This document shows, one piece after another, positions 26,310-37,000 of a stretch of DNA of 64,000 nucleotides. The DNA is from Euryarchaeota archaeon UBA558 (lineage in GTDB: Archaea; Thermoplasmatota; Poseidoniia; Poseidoniales; Thalassarchaeaceae). The notes beneath the pieces were generated by a model. It ran no database searches and was not told the DNA's origin. It saw only the letters and a list, made by a program, of their open reading frames with translations. The stretch spans positions 20,980-84,979 of the forward strand of contig DAZE01000005.1 of NCBI GenBank assembly GCA_002507175.1, in the 5' to 3' direction. Made by a program: the position numbers and the translations under genes. Each line of letters begins with the position of its first letter. The first letter of the stretch is position 1.

Positions 26310-26834
26310 TCACAGACCCAAGGACCTCGCCAACTCATCAGATCGCGTATCGGGCAGCTCACACTCCCAGATCACCAGAACCCTCCAGCCCAGTCTTTGC
26401 AACTCCTCATTTTTCGTGGTGTCTCTAACATAATTTTTGTTGAATTTTTCCTTCCAATAGTCTTGGTTACTTTTCGGCAAAGGCAGGTCGCATTTTGGGC
26501 ATCGATGCCAAAAACAACCATGGACGAAAATGGCCAGTCTCCTACCGGGGTACGAAACATCAGGTCTACAGACGTACCTCCCTTCTTCATCATCTATCCT
26601 CCAATGAAGCCTGTATCCTGGGAAACCCGCTTCTCTGAGTGCTGCTCTTACGCGGATTTCGGGCGCAGTGTCCTTGCTTTTGTTACCCTGCATTACCTTT
26701 CGCACGGCAGGGGTTGATGCTGGAGGCGTCCGGTAGACCATCACACTCACCAAACAGAGGTATTCATCAGGATAGCGAAAGGCTGGTGACTCATACAACT
26801 TCACCTCATTCTGCCTCATTCTTCTCAACTTCAA
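26310..26834 (-). CDS. vsr: Very-short-patch-repair (Vsr) T:G mismatch endonuclease
   Basis: A Vsr signature runs through SKDTAPEIRVRAALREAGFPGYRLHWR…PGRRLAIFVHGCFWHRCPKC…KSNQDYWKEKFNKNYVRDTTKNEELQRLGWRVLVIWECEL (FVHGCFWHxH…C…WxxKxxxNxxRD…GWxVLxxWEC). The likely true start is the internal ATG at 26741, giving 143 aa and avoiding overlap with the upstream transporter gene. Confidence 0.8.
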   Translation of the reverse strand: MKLRRMRQNEVKLYESPAFRYPDEYLCLVSVMVYRTPPASTPAVRKVMQGNKSKDTAPEIRVRAALREAGFPGYRLHWRIDDEEGRYVCRPDVSYPGRRLAIFVHGCFWHRCPKCDLPLPKSNQDYWKEKFNKNYVRDTTKNEELQRLGWRVLVIWECELPDTRSDELARSLGL

Positions 26835-28965
26835 AACTCATGAGCATCACCCTTAATTCGTACCTAACCTCTTCACCATCGTCACTGTGTGGGCATTGAC
26901 CGTTCCCACCACTGTTAGCATCGACTCTCAGGGATAGAGCGTAGTCACCGTCTTGTTCCCCCGACGAACTCAGATTCTCTCGAATCTCCCCCTCGGAAAG
27001 CCCTGATATATTCCAGGCTTGGGTTCCATTGCCCAGATCATCACCAAATGATACGCCCGTTACTGTGACTAACCATGAGAAACCAGACCAAAACTCCTCG
27101 CTCACAATTCCTATGCCAGTCATCTCATCTCCCTGTACCGATGAAAAGTAGCCATTATGCTCCAATTCTCCGATGGTTGAGTCCATCGCGTCATTGCCAG
27201 GGTTGACTGCACATGCTGCTTGTTCTTGGAATGAATTTGGATCAGCCTCCTCGTTTGTCTCATCATAGGTCCAAACCATTTGTACTTCTGCGACCTGGAA
27301 ACCGTCTTCTCGATCGATCTGAGTGAGCAGGTAGTCAAAATCAATCGTCTCCCCATCTCCAATGTATTCCTCATCTTCGACGAGTACCACATTCTCGAAT
27401 TGAAGGGTTGCAGTATAATTTCCAACATCCCCCATGGCCCCACTATCGCTGGATCGGCTGAGGAAATAGCCAACCTCGGCAGCCGACATCGGGGCAAGAA
27501 TTATCATTGCAGATATTCCGATAACACGGCCACTTGGCATCGCATATCGACCTAGGGGGGAGGAATCAGGTGTCCTTATGCGAGCCATGACGAAATGAGC
27601 GGTAAAGGCAGCGCCCATCCCAGGAACGGATTCAAAAATATCATTGTTCAGTCCGACAAGCCTCCAAACAATAACAGCCACCAATGCTGAAACCATCATC
27701 ACGATTGAGTGGAAGGTGTCAGGCTCATACCCCATCCATCGAATGGTAAGCATTGGGATGAATATCCCTCCAAGGCCATAAACCGCTAGAACCACCAGTG
27801 CGAACACCGAATCTCCACCGGGAATGTATTGGCCGGCAACTGAAATTGTAGTTGCTAGTAAGGCCACAAGTAATGTGACTACTTTTGTCATCGCATGATT
27901 TTGGCTCCATTTCGGAATTATGTCATCAGTGATGGCCGCAGTGCAAGCCAATACCTGGCTGTCCGCAGTAGACATCGTCGCCGCAAAAATGGATGCCAAA
28001 ATCAAGCCAACCCAAAAAGGCCCCAGGGTCTCCATGGCCATCATCGGCAAGCCTAACTCCGGATCAAAATCAGATGATGTGAAGGTCACCCGACTTGCAA
28101 GCCCGATTATGAGCATGAGTAGAATAAATGGGGTCTGCCAGACGAAAAACCAAATCATGGCCTGCTTCCTATCTCTATCGGTCCCGAGCGTCATTACCCT
28201 GGAGACAACCTGTGGTTGGCCGGCCACTCCAAGTCCCCCTAGGAAGAACGCGAAAACCCATAGCGTCACTCCAAGTTTCAAGTCCGGTGGAAACATATCA
28301 GTTAGGTTATCATTCTGAGAATTCAGTCCATCGTGGAGCCCATTGAAGCCACCGACCTCACCCATTGCAACCCAACAGAGTAGGACAGACCCCACAATCA
28401 TGACACAGGATTGGGCTGCATCAGTCCAAATCGATGCCCGAATTCCTCCCGCATAACAATAAGCAACAACCAGAACAAATCCAATCAAGATGCCAACTAG
28501 CTCCGGCCATCCCATCATCGCAAATAGCGCCTTTCCTCCGGATGTTAGTTGAGCCGCGGCGTAAACTGACAGAAATAGAACAGACAGTGCGGCCGCCAGC
28601 TTAGCCTCAGGAGCCCCACTTACGCGAGATACGAGGGATGAAAGCGATCGGACACCCCTCTCATTTGCTTGCTCTTGGATAAATTTGTACAACCATATCC
28701 ATGCCACGATCTGTCCAATTGTGGATGCCAGACCTATCCAAATGACAGAATAGCCAATGGTATATGTGAATCCAATAAACCCGATGAACATGTATCCACT
28801 GTTCCAGGTACTAACAGCTGACAATGCCGCCAAACCTGGATGCATTCCACGCCCCGCAACTAGGTAATCATCCGTGGTGTTCTCCTTGACTCGAATTGAG
28901 GAAAGGCCCACGGCTGCGAAGAAACCCATGAACAGGAGGAATGAGAGGATCAGGATGATCTCCAT
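26806..28965 (-). CDS. Sodium:solute symporter (SSS) family transporter fused to a ~240-aa acidic C-terminal domain
   Basis: The N-terminal ~480 aa form a 13-TM SSS/PutP-like core (DYLVAGRGMHPGLAALSAVSTWNSGYMFIG…). The C-terminal ~240 aa are soluble, strongly acidic and of unknown function (…DEEYIGDGETIDFDYLL…GDYALSLRVDANSGGNGQCPHSDDGEE…). Confidence 0.75.
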   Translation of the reverse strand: MEIILILSFLLFMGFFAAVGLSSIRVKENTTDDYLVAGRGMHPGLAALSAVSTWNSGYMFIGFIGFTYTIGYSVIWIGLASTIGQIVAWIWLYKFIQEQANERGVRSLSSLVSRVSGAPEAKLAAALSVLFLSVYAAAQLTSGGKALFAMMGWPELVGILIGFVLVVAYCYAGGIRASIWTDAAQSCVMIVGSVLLCWVAMGEVGGFNGLHDGLNSQNDNLTDMFPPDLKLGVTLWVFAFFLGGLGVAGQPQVVSRVMTLGTDRDRKQAMIWFFVWQTPFILLMLIIGLASRVTFTSSDFDPELGLPMMAMETLGPFWVGLILASIFAATMSTADSQVLACTAAITDDIIPKWSQNHAMTKVVTLLVALLATTISVAGQYIPGGDSVFALVVLAVYGLGGIFIPMLTIRWMGYEPDTFHSIVMMVSALVAVIVWRLVGLNNDIFESVPGMGAAFTAHFVMARIRTPDSSPLGRYAMPSGRVIGISAMIILAPMSAAEVGYFLSRSSDSGAMGDVGNYTATLQFENVVLVEDEEYIGDGETIDFDYLLTQIDREDGFQVAEVQMVWTYDETNEEADPNSFQEQAACAVNPGNDAMDSTIGELEHNGYFSSVQGDEMTGIGIVSEEFWSGFSWLVTVTGVSFGDDLGNGTQAWNISGLSEGEIRENLSSSGEQDGDYALSLRVDANSGGNGQCPHSDDGEEVRYELRVMLMSFEVEKNEAE

Positions 28966-29044
28966 CGACCTGTCAGGGGAGCCACCCCATGATCAATACC
29001 TTGCATCCGACATGACTTTGAGTAGCGGCTGACCGCTGAAAATC

Positions 29045-29281
29045 GTGCCTCTTCTTTCTTGGAGTCGGATATCTGCCTCGCCGTGGTTTAGGGGGGTATT
29101 GATCTACTCAGTGTTCAGGGCGATTTACGGCGCGTTAATCCTGTTGATTACGCTTGTGCTTGCAACGAGCGATGATGCCCCATGGTGGACCAGCATAATT
29201 TTCCTATTGATTTCCATGGTGGTAAGTAGAATCATTTTCAGGCGGATCAACTTATGGTTTCAGAACAGATCAAAAAAGTAA
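29045..29281 (+). CDS. Small hypothetical membrane protein (78 aa, 2 TM)
   Basis: The ORF lies in the intergenic gap between the transporter start and the serS end. It has two hydrophobic helices and a basic C-terminus. There is no further support. Confidence 0.3.
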   Translation: MPLLSWSRISASPWFRGVLIYSVFRAIYGALILLITLVLATSDDAPWWTSIIFLLISMVVSRIIFRRINLWFQNRSKK

Positions 29282-29320
29282 GGGTGATGTAGATTGAAAA
29301 TGGATATCGAAGGTCAAATG

Positions 29321-30601
29321 CTATTCATTCGGAAGCAAGGTCTTTTTCCCGCGCATCGCTGGTACTAGAACATCCGGTACGATCACACTCCCATCGTCAG
29401 TCTGATACTGTTCCATGATAGCAACAAGCGCCCGACTGGTTGCAACAGCAGTGGAGTTTAGTGTATGAACGGCCTCATTACCACCACTCTTCCTATACCT
29501 CATTTTGAGTCTATTTGCTTGATAATCGGTACAGTTTGAACAGGAGACTACTTCTTTGAATTCCCCTGCACCAGGCAACCACGCCTCCAAGTCATATTTT
29601 CGTGATGCAACAGTACCCATGTCCCCTGTGCAAATATCGACAATGCGATAGTGGAGGCCCAAACTGTCCCATAGGTCCTTCGCGTTATTCAACAATTCAG
29701 TATGAAAGCCCCACGATTCTTCCGGCTTGCAGATGATTACCTGTTCAACTTTGGTAAACTGATGAACCCTCCAAATTCCTCTGTCAGACATTCCGTGGGC
29801 CCCGACCTCTCTACGAAAGCATGGACTCACTCCCACCAACTTGATTGGCAAATTGTTTTGTTCAATCACCTCATCCATCATCATTGCAGTAAGAGGATGT
29901 TCACTCGTAGCTATGAGATAATATCCATCGGGTTCCACCCCATACATCACATTCTCGAAGTCAGATAGGTCTGTGACACCTTCGTATGCCTTCCTATTCA
30001 TCATCAGAGGTGGTTGTACCAGGGTATATCCTCTGTCGATGAGGAAGTCTGCAGAGTACTGTTGAAGAGCCATCTCAAGCCTAGCGAGATCCCCCATCAG
30101 AAAATACTGTCTTGACCCAGTAATTTTACCTGCTCTGGAGAGGTCAACCCACCCGTTCTTTTCTATGATTTCATTATGGGTCTTTGGTTTGAAATCAAAA
30201 CTTGGAAGTTCGCCATGTCTGCTGATCTCAACGTTTTTTTGATCATTCTCTCCTGTTGGCACGTCCTCATGTAGTAGATTGGGTATCTGCATCCTTATTG
30301 AGTCCCTTTTGAAAATCAACTGTTCTGCTTCCTCCTCGAGGTCTTCAATTTTGGAACCCAAATTGCTTACCTTACCAAGTATTGCATCGACCTCTTCTTC
30401 ATCCCCTTTCTTCTTAGCCTCAGAAATCAATCTCGCGGCTGAGTTGCGGGACTTTCTGAGTTGATCTACCTCGAATCTAACCTCCCTCCACCTACCATCT
30501 AAGAGAAGAACTTCATCAATGATGGAGCCGTTGATACCTCGTTTGAAAAAATCAGCCCTGATTCTATCAGGATCATCTCGGAATAACTGTATGTCCAGCA
30601 T
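29321..30601 (-). CDS. serS: Seryl-tRNA synthetase
   Basis: It has an N-terminal coiled-coil arm (MLDIQLFRDDPD…) and the class II aaRS core (TSEHPL motif YLIATSEHPLTAMM, FRRE, GTVASRKYDLEAWLPG). It is 426 aa. Confidence 0.9.
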   Translation of the reverse strand: MLDIQLFRDDPDRIRADFFKRGINGSIIDEVLLLDGRWREVRFEVDQLRKSRNSAARLISEAKKKGDEEEVDAILGKVSNLGSKIEDLEEEAEQLIFKRDSIRMQIPNLLHEDVPTGENDQKNVEISRHGELPSFDFKPKTHNEIIEKNGWVDLSRAGKITGSRQYFLMGDLARLEMALQQYSADFLIDRGYTLVQPPLMMNRKAYEGVTDLSDFENVMYGVEPDGYYLIATSEHPLTAMMMDEVIEQNNLPIKLVGVSPCFRREVGAHGMSDRGIWRVHQFTKVEQVIICKPEESWGFHTELLNNAKDLWDSLGLHYRIVDICTGDMGTVASRKYDLEAWLPGAGEFKEVVSCSNCTDYQANRLKMRYRKSGGNEAVHTLNSTAVATSRALVAIMEQYQTDDGSVIVPDVLVPAMRGKKTLLPNE

Positions 30602-30656
30602 TGGTCCCGACGTTGGGTGATAACCGGCTTTCTTGAGGGATTCGGCGATTGCCGAG

Positions 30657-31736
30657 TTAGAACAACGATATATCCTGCCAAAGCGCCGTTGGGCCCACGA
30701 ATATTATTCCTGAAATTATGTACCCCATGATCGCTCCTCCGTTTAGAAGTGGGAGACCTGGTTGGGCTTCTCCTTTGGCGACGAATGACATCAATTTTGC
30801 GTAACCTACCAAGCCACCCAGAAGGGTCCCTATCGCGACCAAGAGCTGACCGAGATACATAGTGCCGAATGGGTTGAAGACCTCTCCTCCCACTTCTGGC
30901 ATGTAGGTCAGGCTCGAAATTACAAGCATCCCGGGGAATATGACATCTCCTAATCCCATAAAAAGTGCGTCTCGACCCTTCCCACCACTATCTTCGCTAT
31001 CTGGGCTTGGGGGAAATCCTGATCCATCGGGTTGATCCTGACCTTCTGCCCCCTCCTTGGTCTTCATGTCTCCCTTTTGCCCAATGAAGCTGTAGCTTGC
31101 GTCCTTTGGTGCGACCAAGACAACTGGAAGTTTCAAATCAATCATGGTGTCGGCAAGCTCAAGCATGTGCTTAGATCGATGCACTGCCCAATAGTCGTAA
31201 ATTGCAGCTGCAATCATGAATACACAAATCAGTACTGGGACGAAACTAATCCCTAGCATCACAATAACGCCCGAGCCTACTACCATTCCAACACCGTTCA
31301 CGACCCACCATTCGGGATATTTGTACAGTGCGACTATGGATAATAGGGAAACGACTGGTGAGGCATAGAAGGCGAAACGCCATGGTTCTTGATCTTCCAA
31401 GCCGGAAAGCCCTCCAATCAAGGCGAATATTGGTACTGTGGCGTATAGCATTGAGACCCATAATGCAAAGAGGATGAAGTATTTTATTGCTGCCTGCAGA
31501 CCTTTTCTTGCGAGCCATATCACGAGTGCTGTGAATAGGAGGATCATCATCAGTTCAAATATGATATTTTTAGCCTCCGTTGACCCTTCTTCCCCGAAGG
31601 CCTTGGCTTCCTCGAAATTCCAAGCAGGTTGGATAAATATTCCAATACAAATGGTTGTTACAAACATTCCTGCCATTCCGATCATCGAAGTCCAGGCCAT
31701 TCCTCCCATTTTTCCGTCTGCCATGGTGGCCCCCAT
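30657..31736 (-). CDS. Presenilin/signal-peptide-peptidase-like intramembrane aspartyl protease (A22 family)
   Basis: A polytopic membrane protein with the YD motif (AAAIYDYWAV), GxGD (MGLGDVIFPGMLV) and a PAL-like QPGLPLL near the C-terminus. These are arranged as in archaeal presenilin homologues. Confidence 0.6.
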   Translation of the reverse strand: MGATMADGKMGGMAWTSMIGMAGMFVTTICIGIFIQPAWNFEEAKAFGEEGSTEAKNIIFELMMILLFTALVIWLARKGLQAAIKYFILFALWVSMLYATVPIFALIGGLSGLEDQEPWRFAFYASPVVSLLSIVALYKYPEWWVVNGVGMVVGSGVIVMLGISFVPVLICVFMIAAAIYDYWAVHRSKHMLELADTMIDLKLPVVLVAPKDASYSFIGQKGDMKTKEGAEGQDQPDGSGFPPSPDSEDSGGKGRDALFMGLGDVIFPGMLVISSLTYMPEVGGEVFNPFGTMYLGQLLVAIGTLLGGLVGYAKLMSFVAKGEAQPGLPLLNGGAIMGYIISGIIFVGPTALWQDISLF

Positions 31737-31755
31737 AGTCTAGGATCATATCAGG

Positions 31756-33012
31756 GTGACCCGTCGTCGATACATGGCAGAGTGGTCTCACAATGAACTT
31801 CGTGACTGGCTAGCTCCTACCCCTGGCAAGAAGCGGATGCGACTGGGCCTCGAAAATGTCAAGGATATTTTGGGTCGATTATCAAACCCTGAGTCCTCGT
31901 TCCCTTCAATACACGTAGCGGGTACGAACGGAAAGGGGTCACTTTGTGCACATCTTTCGGCAAGAGGTGCAGCAAATGGCGTTCTGATGGGAATGTTCAG
32001 CTCTCCTCATCTAGTATCTGTTGAGGAGAGAGTGAGGATCGATGGGAGGCCAATTAGCTCAGATGAATTCGACCTAGCCCTTTCTGAGGTAAGGCTAGCA
32101 TCAGAGAAGGAGCCCGAGATCGAGGTCACATATTTTGAGAAAACGATGCTCGTAGCCATGCTCGCATTTCGAAGAGCCAAGATAGGTAGGGCAGTCATAG
32201 AAACAGGGTTGGGAGGAAGGCTGGATGCGACGAGATGCGTTCATGCAGACCTATGCGCCATAACAACCATCTCTGAAGACCACATGGAGATTCTTGGCCC
32301 TACGCTGATGCACATTTTGAGGGAAAAGGCGGGGATTCATCGTAAGGGCGCGCCCTTGGTGATGCTCAATCCAGAACACTCCGATCTTGTGGATGAGGCA
32401 CGAAGGATCATCGGCGGCGATCTGATAATGCATAGTCCTGAGAATCTAGACTCTCCTTGGGTAATCAGCAGGTCCATGGCAGTCGCGATAGGGGAAATGC
32501 TGGGCTGGGAGATTGATCATGAGGATCCTCTGTGGCCAGGTAGGGACTCTAACACATATCGACATGGAAATAACGAGATATTCCTCAGCGCTGCCCACAA
32601 CTACGAAAGTATACTTTCGGAGATGACTAGGCTCAAGGAACCCAACACTCTCATCATCGGATTGACAAAGAAACAAGATCTTCACAGGGTACTGGCTCCG
32701 GTCAAAGCTGCAATTGAACGCAAAATGATTGAGCGTGTTCTGATCCTAGAACCAAAACATGGCAGGCTCCCTCCTGAAAATCAACAAGATGTCATAGAAG
32801 CACTGGGAACGGGGGCTATGGTATCTGTGCCTATCGATATGAAAGAGGCAATTGAATTAGCAAGCAGTATCTCCAGAGATAAGGCGACTAGGATAATGGT
32901 AATGGGAAGCATACACCTGGTTGGAGATTGTATTGAAATCATACACACAGGGAATGGGGATCTTGACCCAATCCTCCAGATACATGCCAGTCACCATTCA
33001 CCATGCTTCTAA
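31756..33012 (+). CDS. folC: Folylpolyglutamate synthase / dihydrofolate synthase (Mur-ligase family)
   Basis: The P-loop reads IHVAGTNGKGS. It has the Mur-ligase central and C-terminal domains and is 418 aa. Confidence 0.8.
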   Translation: MTRRRYMAEWSHNELRDWLAPTPGKKRMRLGLENVKDILGRLSNPESSFPSIHVAGTNGKGSLCAHLSARGAANGVLMGMFSSPHLVSVEERVRIDGRPISSDEFDLALSEVRLASEKEPEIEVTYFEKTMLVAMLAFRRAKIGRAVIETGLGGRLDATRCVHADLCAITTISEDHMEILGPTLMHILREKAGIHRKGAPLVMLNPEHSDLVDEARRIIGGDLIMHSPENLDSPWVISRSMAVAIGEMLGWEIDHEDPLWPGRDSNTYRHGNNEIFLSAAHNYESILSEMTRLKEPNTLIIGLTKKQDLHRVLAPVKAAIERKMIERVLILEPKHGRLPPENQQDVIEALGTGAMVSVPIDMKEAIELASSISRDKATRIMVMGSIHLVGDCIEIIHTGNGDLDPILQIHASHHSPCF

Positions 33013-33036
33013 AAGGAGATTATACACGGTGACAAC

Positions 33037-33474
33037 ATGAGCGCTAAGTGGGACATACGATTCTTGAAACTTGCAACTCATATATCGGAGTGGAGCAAAG
33101 ACCCATCGACGAAGGTTGGGTGCGTGGTTGTCGGTCCAGATCGAGAAATTAGGTCAACGGGTTTCAATGGATTCCCCCGAGGTATACAAGATTCGGATGA
33201 GAGACTTACAAACAGGGATCTGAAGTATCCCTTGATATGTCACGCGGAGGAGAATGCGATAATGCACGCAGCAAGGATCGGTCTTGCTTTGAAGGGATGT
33301 ACGGCATATGTGACATGGCCCCCGTGCACTAGATGTGCGCGCAGCCTCATCCAAGCTGGAGTATCAGAGATAGTAATCCCATCAGGTCTCGAGATACCAG
33401 ACCGATGGAGGGATGATTTTGAGATGTCTATGGGGCTACTAAGAGAAGCAGAGGTCACGATCCGATCGGCTTAA
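33037..33474 (+). CDS. dCMP deaminase (cytidine/deoxycytidylate deaminase family)
   Basis: The zinc-binding motifs HAEENAI and PCTRCARSL (HAE…PCxxCA) are present. It is 145 aa. Confidence 0.8.
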   Translation: MSAKWDIRFLKLATHISEWSKDPSTKVGCVVVGPDREIRSTGFNGFPRGIQDSDERLTNRDLKYPLICHAEENAIMHAARIGLALKGCTAYVTWPPCTRCARSLIQAGVSEIVIPSGLEIPDRWRDDFEMSMGLLREAEVTIRSA

Positions 33475-33478
33475 GTTG

Positions 33479-34036
33479 CTAAATCTCTGGAAAAAGCTCT
33501 CCTAAATGCCTTTCCAAGGCAGCTAGGTCGCCGTTGTTTTCAACCGTGTGGTCCGCCAAGGCGGATGTCGCGATCAAAGATTGGCCCGTTGCATCTTTAG
33601 ACACGAGCTCCAATCTCTCAACCTCCAAAAAAGCCTCTTTGGTAACTGGGTCTCCAGATCTTGCCCTCGTCTGCGCCCTGAGCCACCGGGTTTCAGGATC
33701 AGCAGTCACCTCCAATAGAACGAAATCATTTCTTTTCCTCAGGGCGTAAACTTCGTCCGGCGTCCTTATGGAGTCAATCACTGCATTCTCGCCCTCAAAA
33801 GCCTCCAACAGCATTTCCGCTAATATCCCAGGCCCATGCCTTTTTCTTAATTCCCTCCCACCGTTTATCAGATTCTCCCTAGTGGGCTGAATATCGTTCT
33901 CTGATAACCAAGATCTAATCGAATCTGAGCATGATCCTGTAAGGAACCCACGTGTTTGGAACCATTCCAAAACAGTTGTTTTCCCTGCTGCGTTTCGCCC
34001 CGTAAGCCCCACAAGCATAATTCGTGGAGAGCCCAC
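33479..34036 (-). CDS. P-loop nucleotide/nucleoside kinase (dephospho-CoA kinase / adenylate-kinase-like fold)
   Basis: The Walker A motif LVGLTGRNAAGKTTV resembles CoaE GLTGGIGSGKST. An Arg-rich LID-like segment is present (RWLRAQTRARSGDP). It is 185 aa. The substrate is not assignable from sequence. Confidence 0.5.
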   Translation of the reverse strand: MGSPRIMLVGLTGRNAAGKTTVLEWFQTRGFLTGSCSDSIRSWLSENDIQPTRENLINGGRELRKRHGPGILAEMLLEAFEGENAVIDSIRTPDEVYALRKRNDFVLLEVTADPETRWLRAQTRARSGDPVTKEAFLEVERLELVSKDATGQSLIATSALADHTVENNGDLAALERHLGELFPEI

Positions 34037-34054
34037 AACTCAATAGCGGTTTTG

Positions 34055-37000
34055 TCAAGACCAATACCGCCTAGTCCTGGCATATTCGATTTCGGAATTG
34101 TGGATCGACCTCAGTAACCCAGTCCTAGAATCTGTCCGGAATCCTCTCAGTATCCTAGTAGCAGTCTCCTCCCCGATTCCTCTTCCCATCAGACAAAGGA
34201 TTGCTTCAAATCCATGGTTATTGAGCAATTCAGCATTCTTCTGCATCCTCGCCCTATCCTTGGGTTCTCTACTTTTCACCCATCCCAGCATCATTTCCTC
34301 CATCCTCTCTGGCCCGCAACATCTCATGCTCCCTCCACAAATTGGACAATCTCCAACACCCAGTTCAAGCCTATTCACCCGACTTCTTTGCACATTGTGG
34401 CAATTCAAGCAGACCAGAATACAGCGTTCTGACAACAATCTTGTTTCCAATCTCTCTCGCAACTCTTTATCCCCCCAAGCAGGGAGAAGCATGTCTCGTT
34501 CAGACCTCGGCGATTGTCCGAGCGGCCCTGGGGGAGTTATGATGATCTCGACGGAACCAAGTTGTAATTCCGACATGAGTTCCATGGCTCCCGTAATGTC
34601 CATTCTTTCATGGAATAACTTTGACAAAGTCTCCTCAACTACCGCCGTCCCTTGATAGCGCTTCAGCATCCCTGAAATGTTTACTTTTCTTGGGTCAACG
34701 TCCTTTCTCAGTATGCCGAATCTTCGAGCAACCTGCACAAATCTGGCTCTGATGGCCCTTCCGTTTGGTATGGTCATCCTCAATATTGCTTCCAAGGCAA
34801 GTGGCGAGGTTTCACGTAGCCACTTCTCTATGTCGGATGCTTTCACGCCGGGAATTCTGAATGATATCCTATAGGGGTCAACAACAGCGACCCCCATGCT
34901 CCCACCAAGGCCTGATCCCATAGCTTGGATGAAATGGGCTAGAGTCTCATTTATTCTTGATCCACGACAGCAGTTCAATATGATGGCATGTTCTCTGAGT
35001 TCAATCGTCAAAGTCTTGTCATCTGGGACATGGCCGGTGGAATCAAAGTGGTCAACTACGGTCTGGATATACAACGAGGCTGCTTCCTCAGAGAGTGGAT
35101 AGTCATCAAACGAGATTTCATCTTCACTCTCTCTGGTTGCGTTCACAAGGTCCAGAACCCTCCTTCGCATCTGTCCAACTTCAATGGCAACCTCAGAAGG
35201 GACTGGCGGCAACTCCCCTGACCAAACAGGAGCGCTCCCTACTTGAGAAACTGGTGCTACCACTAACTCATTCTGCTCAGGATCAGCATCCACAATCTGC
35301 CAAGTCCTTCCTGCCATTACGAATGTCCTGGGTCTGCCCTCAGCATCCTCGCTGCCATCTGAGTTCAAGGATAGTACGAATGACTCATCAACCGTTCCTA
35401 GGACTCGTCTGCTGACCAGATCACGAATCTTGAACAAAGACTCGTCTGGAATCATCGAATAATGGTCCCCCCTCGTAGACATTAGCTTGCCAGCGCCTTG
35501 AAACCAACCATCAGACAAAACCTCGGGTAGGCTCCTCACCATTTTCAACCTCATCTTTTCCAGTTCCGAGTCAGAATAATCGCCGGGGATTGGACGAGAA
35601 TCAGGGAAGTCAGCGTCATCAATGAGGCTAGAGAACTCATCCCAAAGCATCGTGCTCCAAGCAATGATGTCCGAGTTAGGGGGGTCATCTATTAGCCTAA
35701 GTAGCCAACGATCATCAAGCACCCTAAGAGTCGCCATGGTATCTTCGAATGACCAATCTCTGAACACTGATGCAGATGAAAGTATGCCATGGGCAGTCTG
35801 GAGAGGTACAACCTTTCTCTCCATTGCCATTTGAAGCAGTTGATTTGCCGCAACGATTGTCGGGTTGAGACGCCACTCGATGTTAGGTAATTCCTTGGCG
35901 AGAGCCTTTCTTGCAATCACAGCTGACTCGGCGATATCATCATGCTCCCATACGAGTATCTGACCTCGTCCAGTTCCCCCCAATTTGTGTTCGGACCTTC
36001 CGATCCGTTGGAGCAGGCTGTCTACACTTCTAGGAGATTGAATCTGATGCACCGCCTTGATTGATCCGACGTCTATTCCAAGCTCTAGACTAGATGTGCA
36101 GATCATGGCATCCAACTTACCATCTTTCAGTGCATTTTCCATTTGCTCTCTGGTTTCAGCCGCAAGACTTCCATGATGTACCCCGATTCTTACCTCTGGG
36201 GAGATCTGAACCATGCGCTGAGCTACTGTCTCGGCATTTGACCTCGAATTCACGAAGACCAAGGCTGGAGAAGATGTGTTGATGAGACTCGTTAGCCTCC
36301 TCAGTGAGGATATGGCTCTAGGGGAGACATTCCAAGCTACTGACAGCGCTTCATCCTCGGGAGTTGCGGGCTCCACGTGAACTGAAACCTCGGTTGACCT
36401 TGGTGATGGACCTTCCACCACCACTGCGTCTTTCGAAAACCATCTTGCAACCTCATTTGCGTTTCCTACCGTAGCTGATAGCCCTACAACCTGGACTTCT
36501 CTTCCAGCAAGTGCGCGTATTCTTTGGATCCCCACTAACAATTGTGAGCCACGCTCTGAACTTGCGAGGTCATGAACTTCGTCAATGACGATCGTTCGAA
36601 CCTTCGCTAGGTGTTTTCTCAACCTAGAACCTAAAAGCATGATCTGGAGGGTTTCAGGCGTGGTAATCAGAATGTCAGGCGGGGTCTTCGATTGTCTTGC
36701 CCGCTCTTTTTTTGTAGTATCTCCGTGACGTAGTGATACCGTGAGGCCAAGGGGTTCCAGAAATGGTCCAAGCCTCTTATCCATGTCCCTGTTCAGGGCC
36801 CTGAGAGGTGTGACATATAGGACGGAAAGTGCCCGCCAGTCCCCTGAAAGTACGTTTGAGGCTATTGGGATTATTGCAGCCTCGGTCTTCCCGCTTCCAG
36901 TCGGCGCGACCAACAAGGCATCCTTTCCCAAAAGCAGGGGTTTCAACGACGCCTCCTGAATAGGGGTGGGAGTCCAACTTAGATTGTCTAGTAGTAGAGA

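Noticed and set aside
34098-35415. Series of plus-strand ORFs (34098-34655, 34214-34432, 34896-35102, 35095-35415) antisense to the Lhr helicase
   Set aside because: They lie inside a 1012-aa gene that has all helicase motifs in order. They are antisense artefacts.
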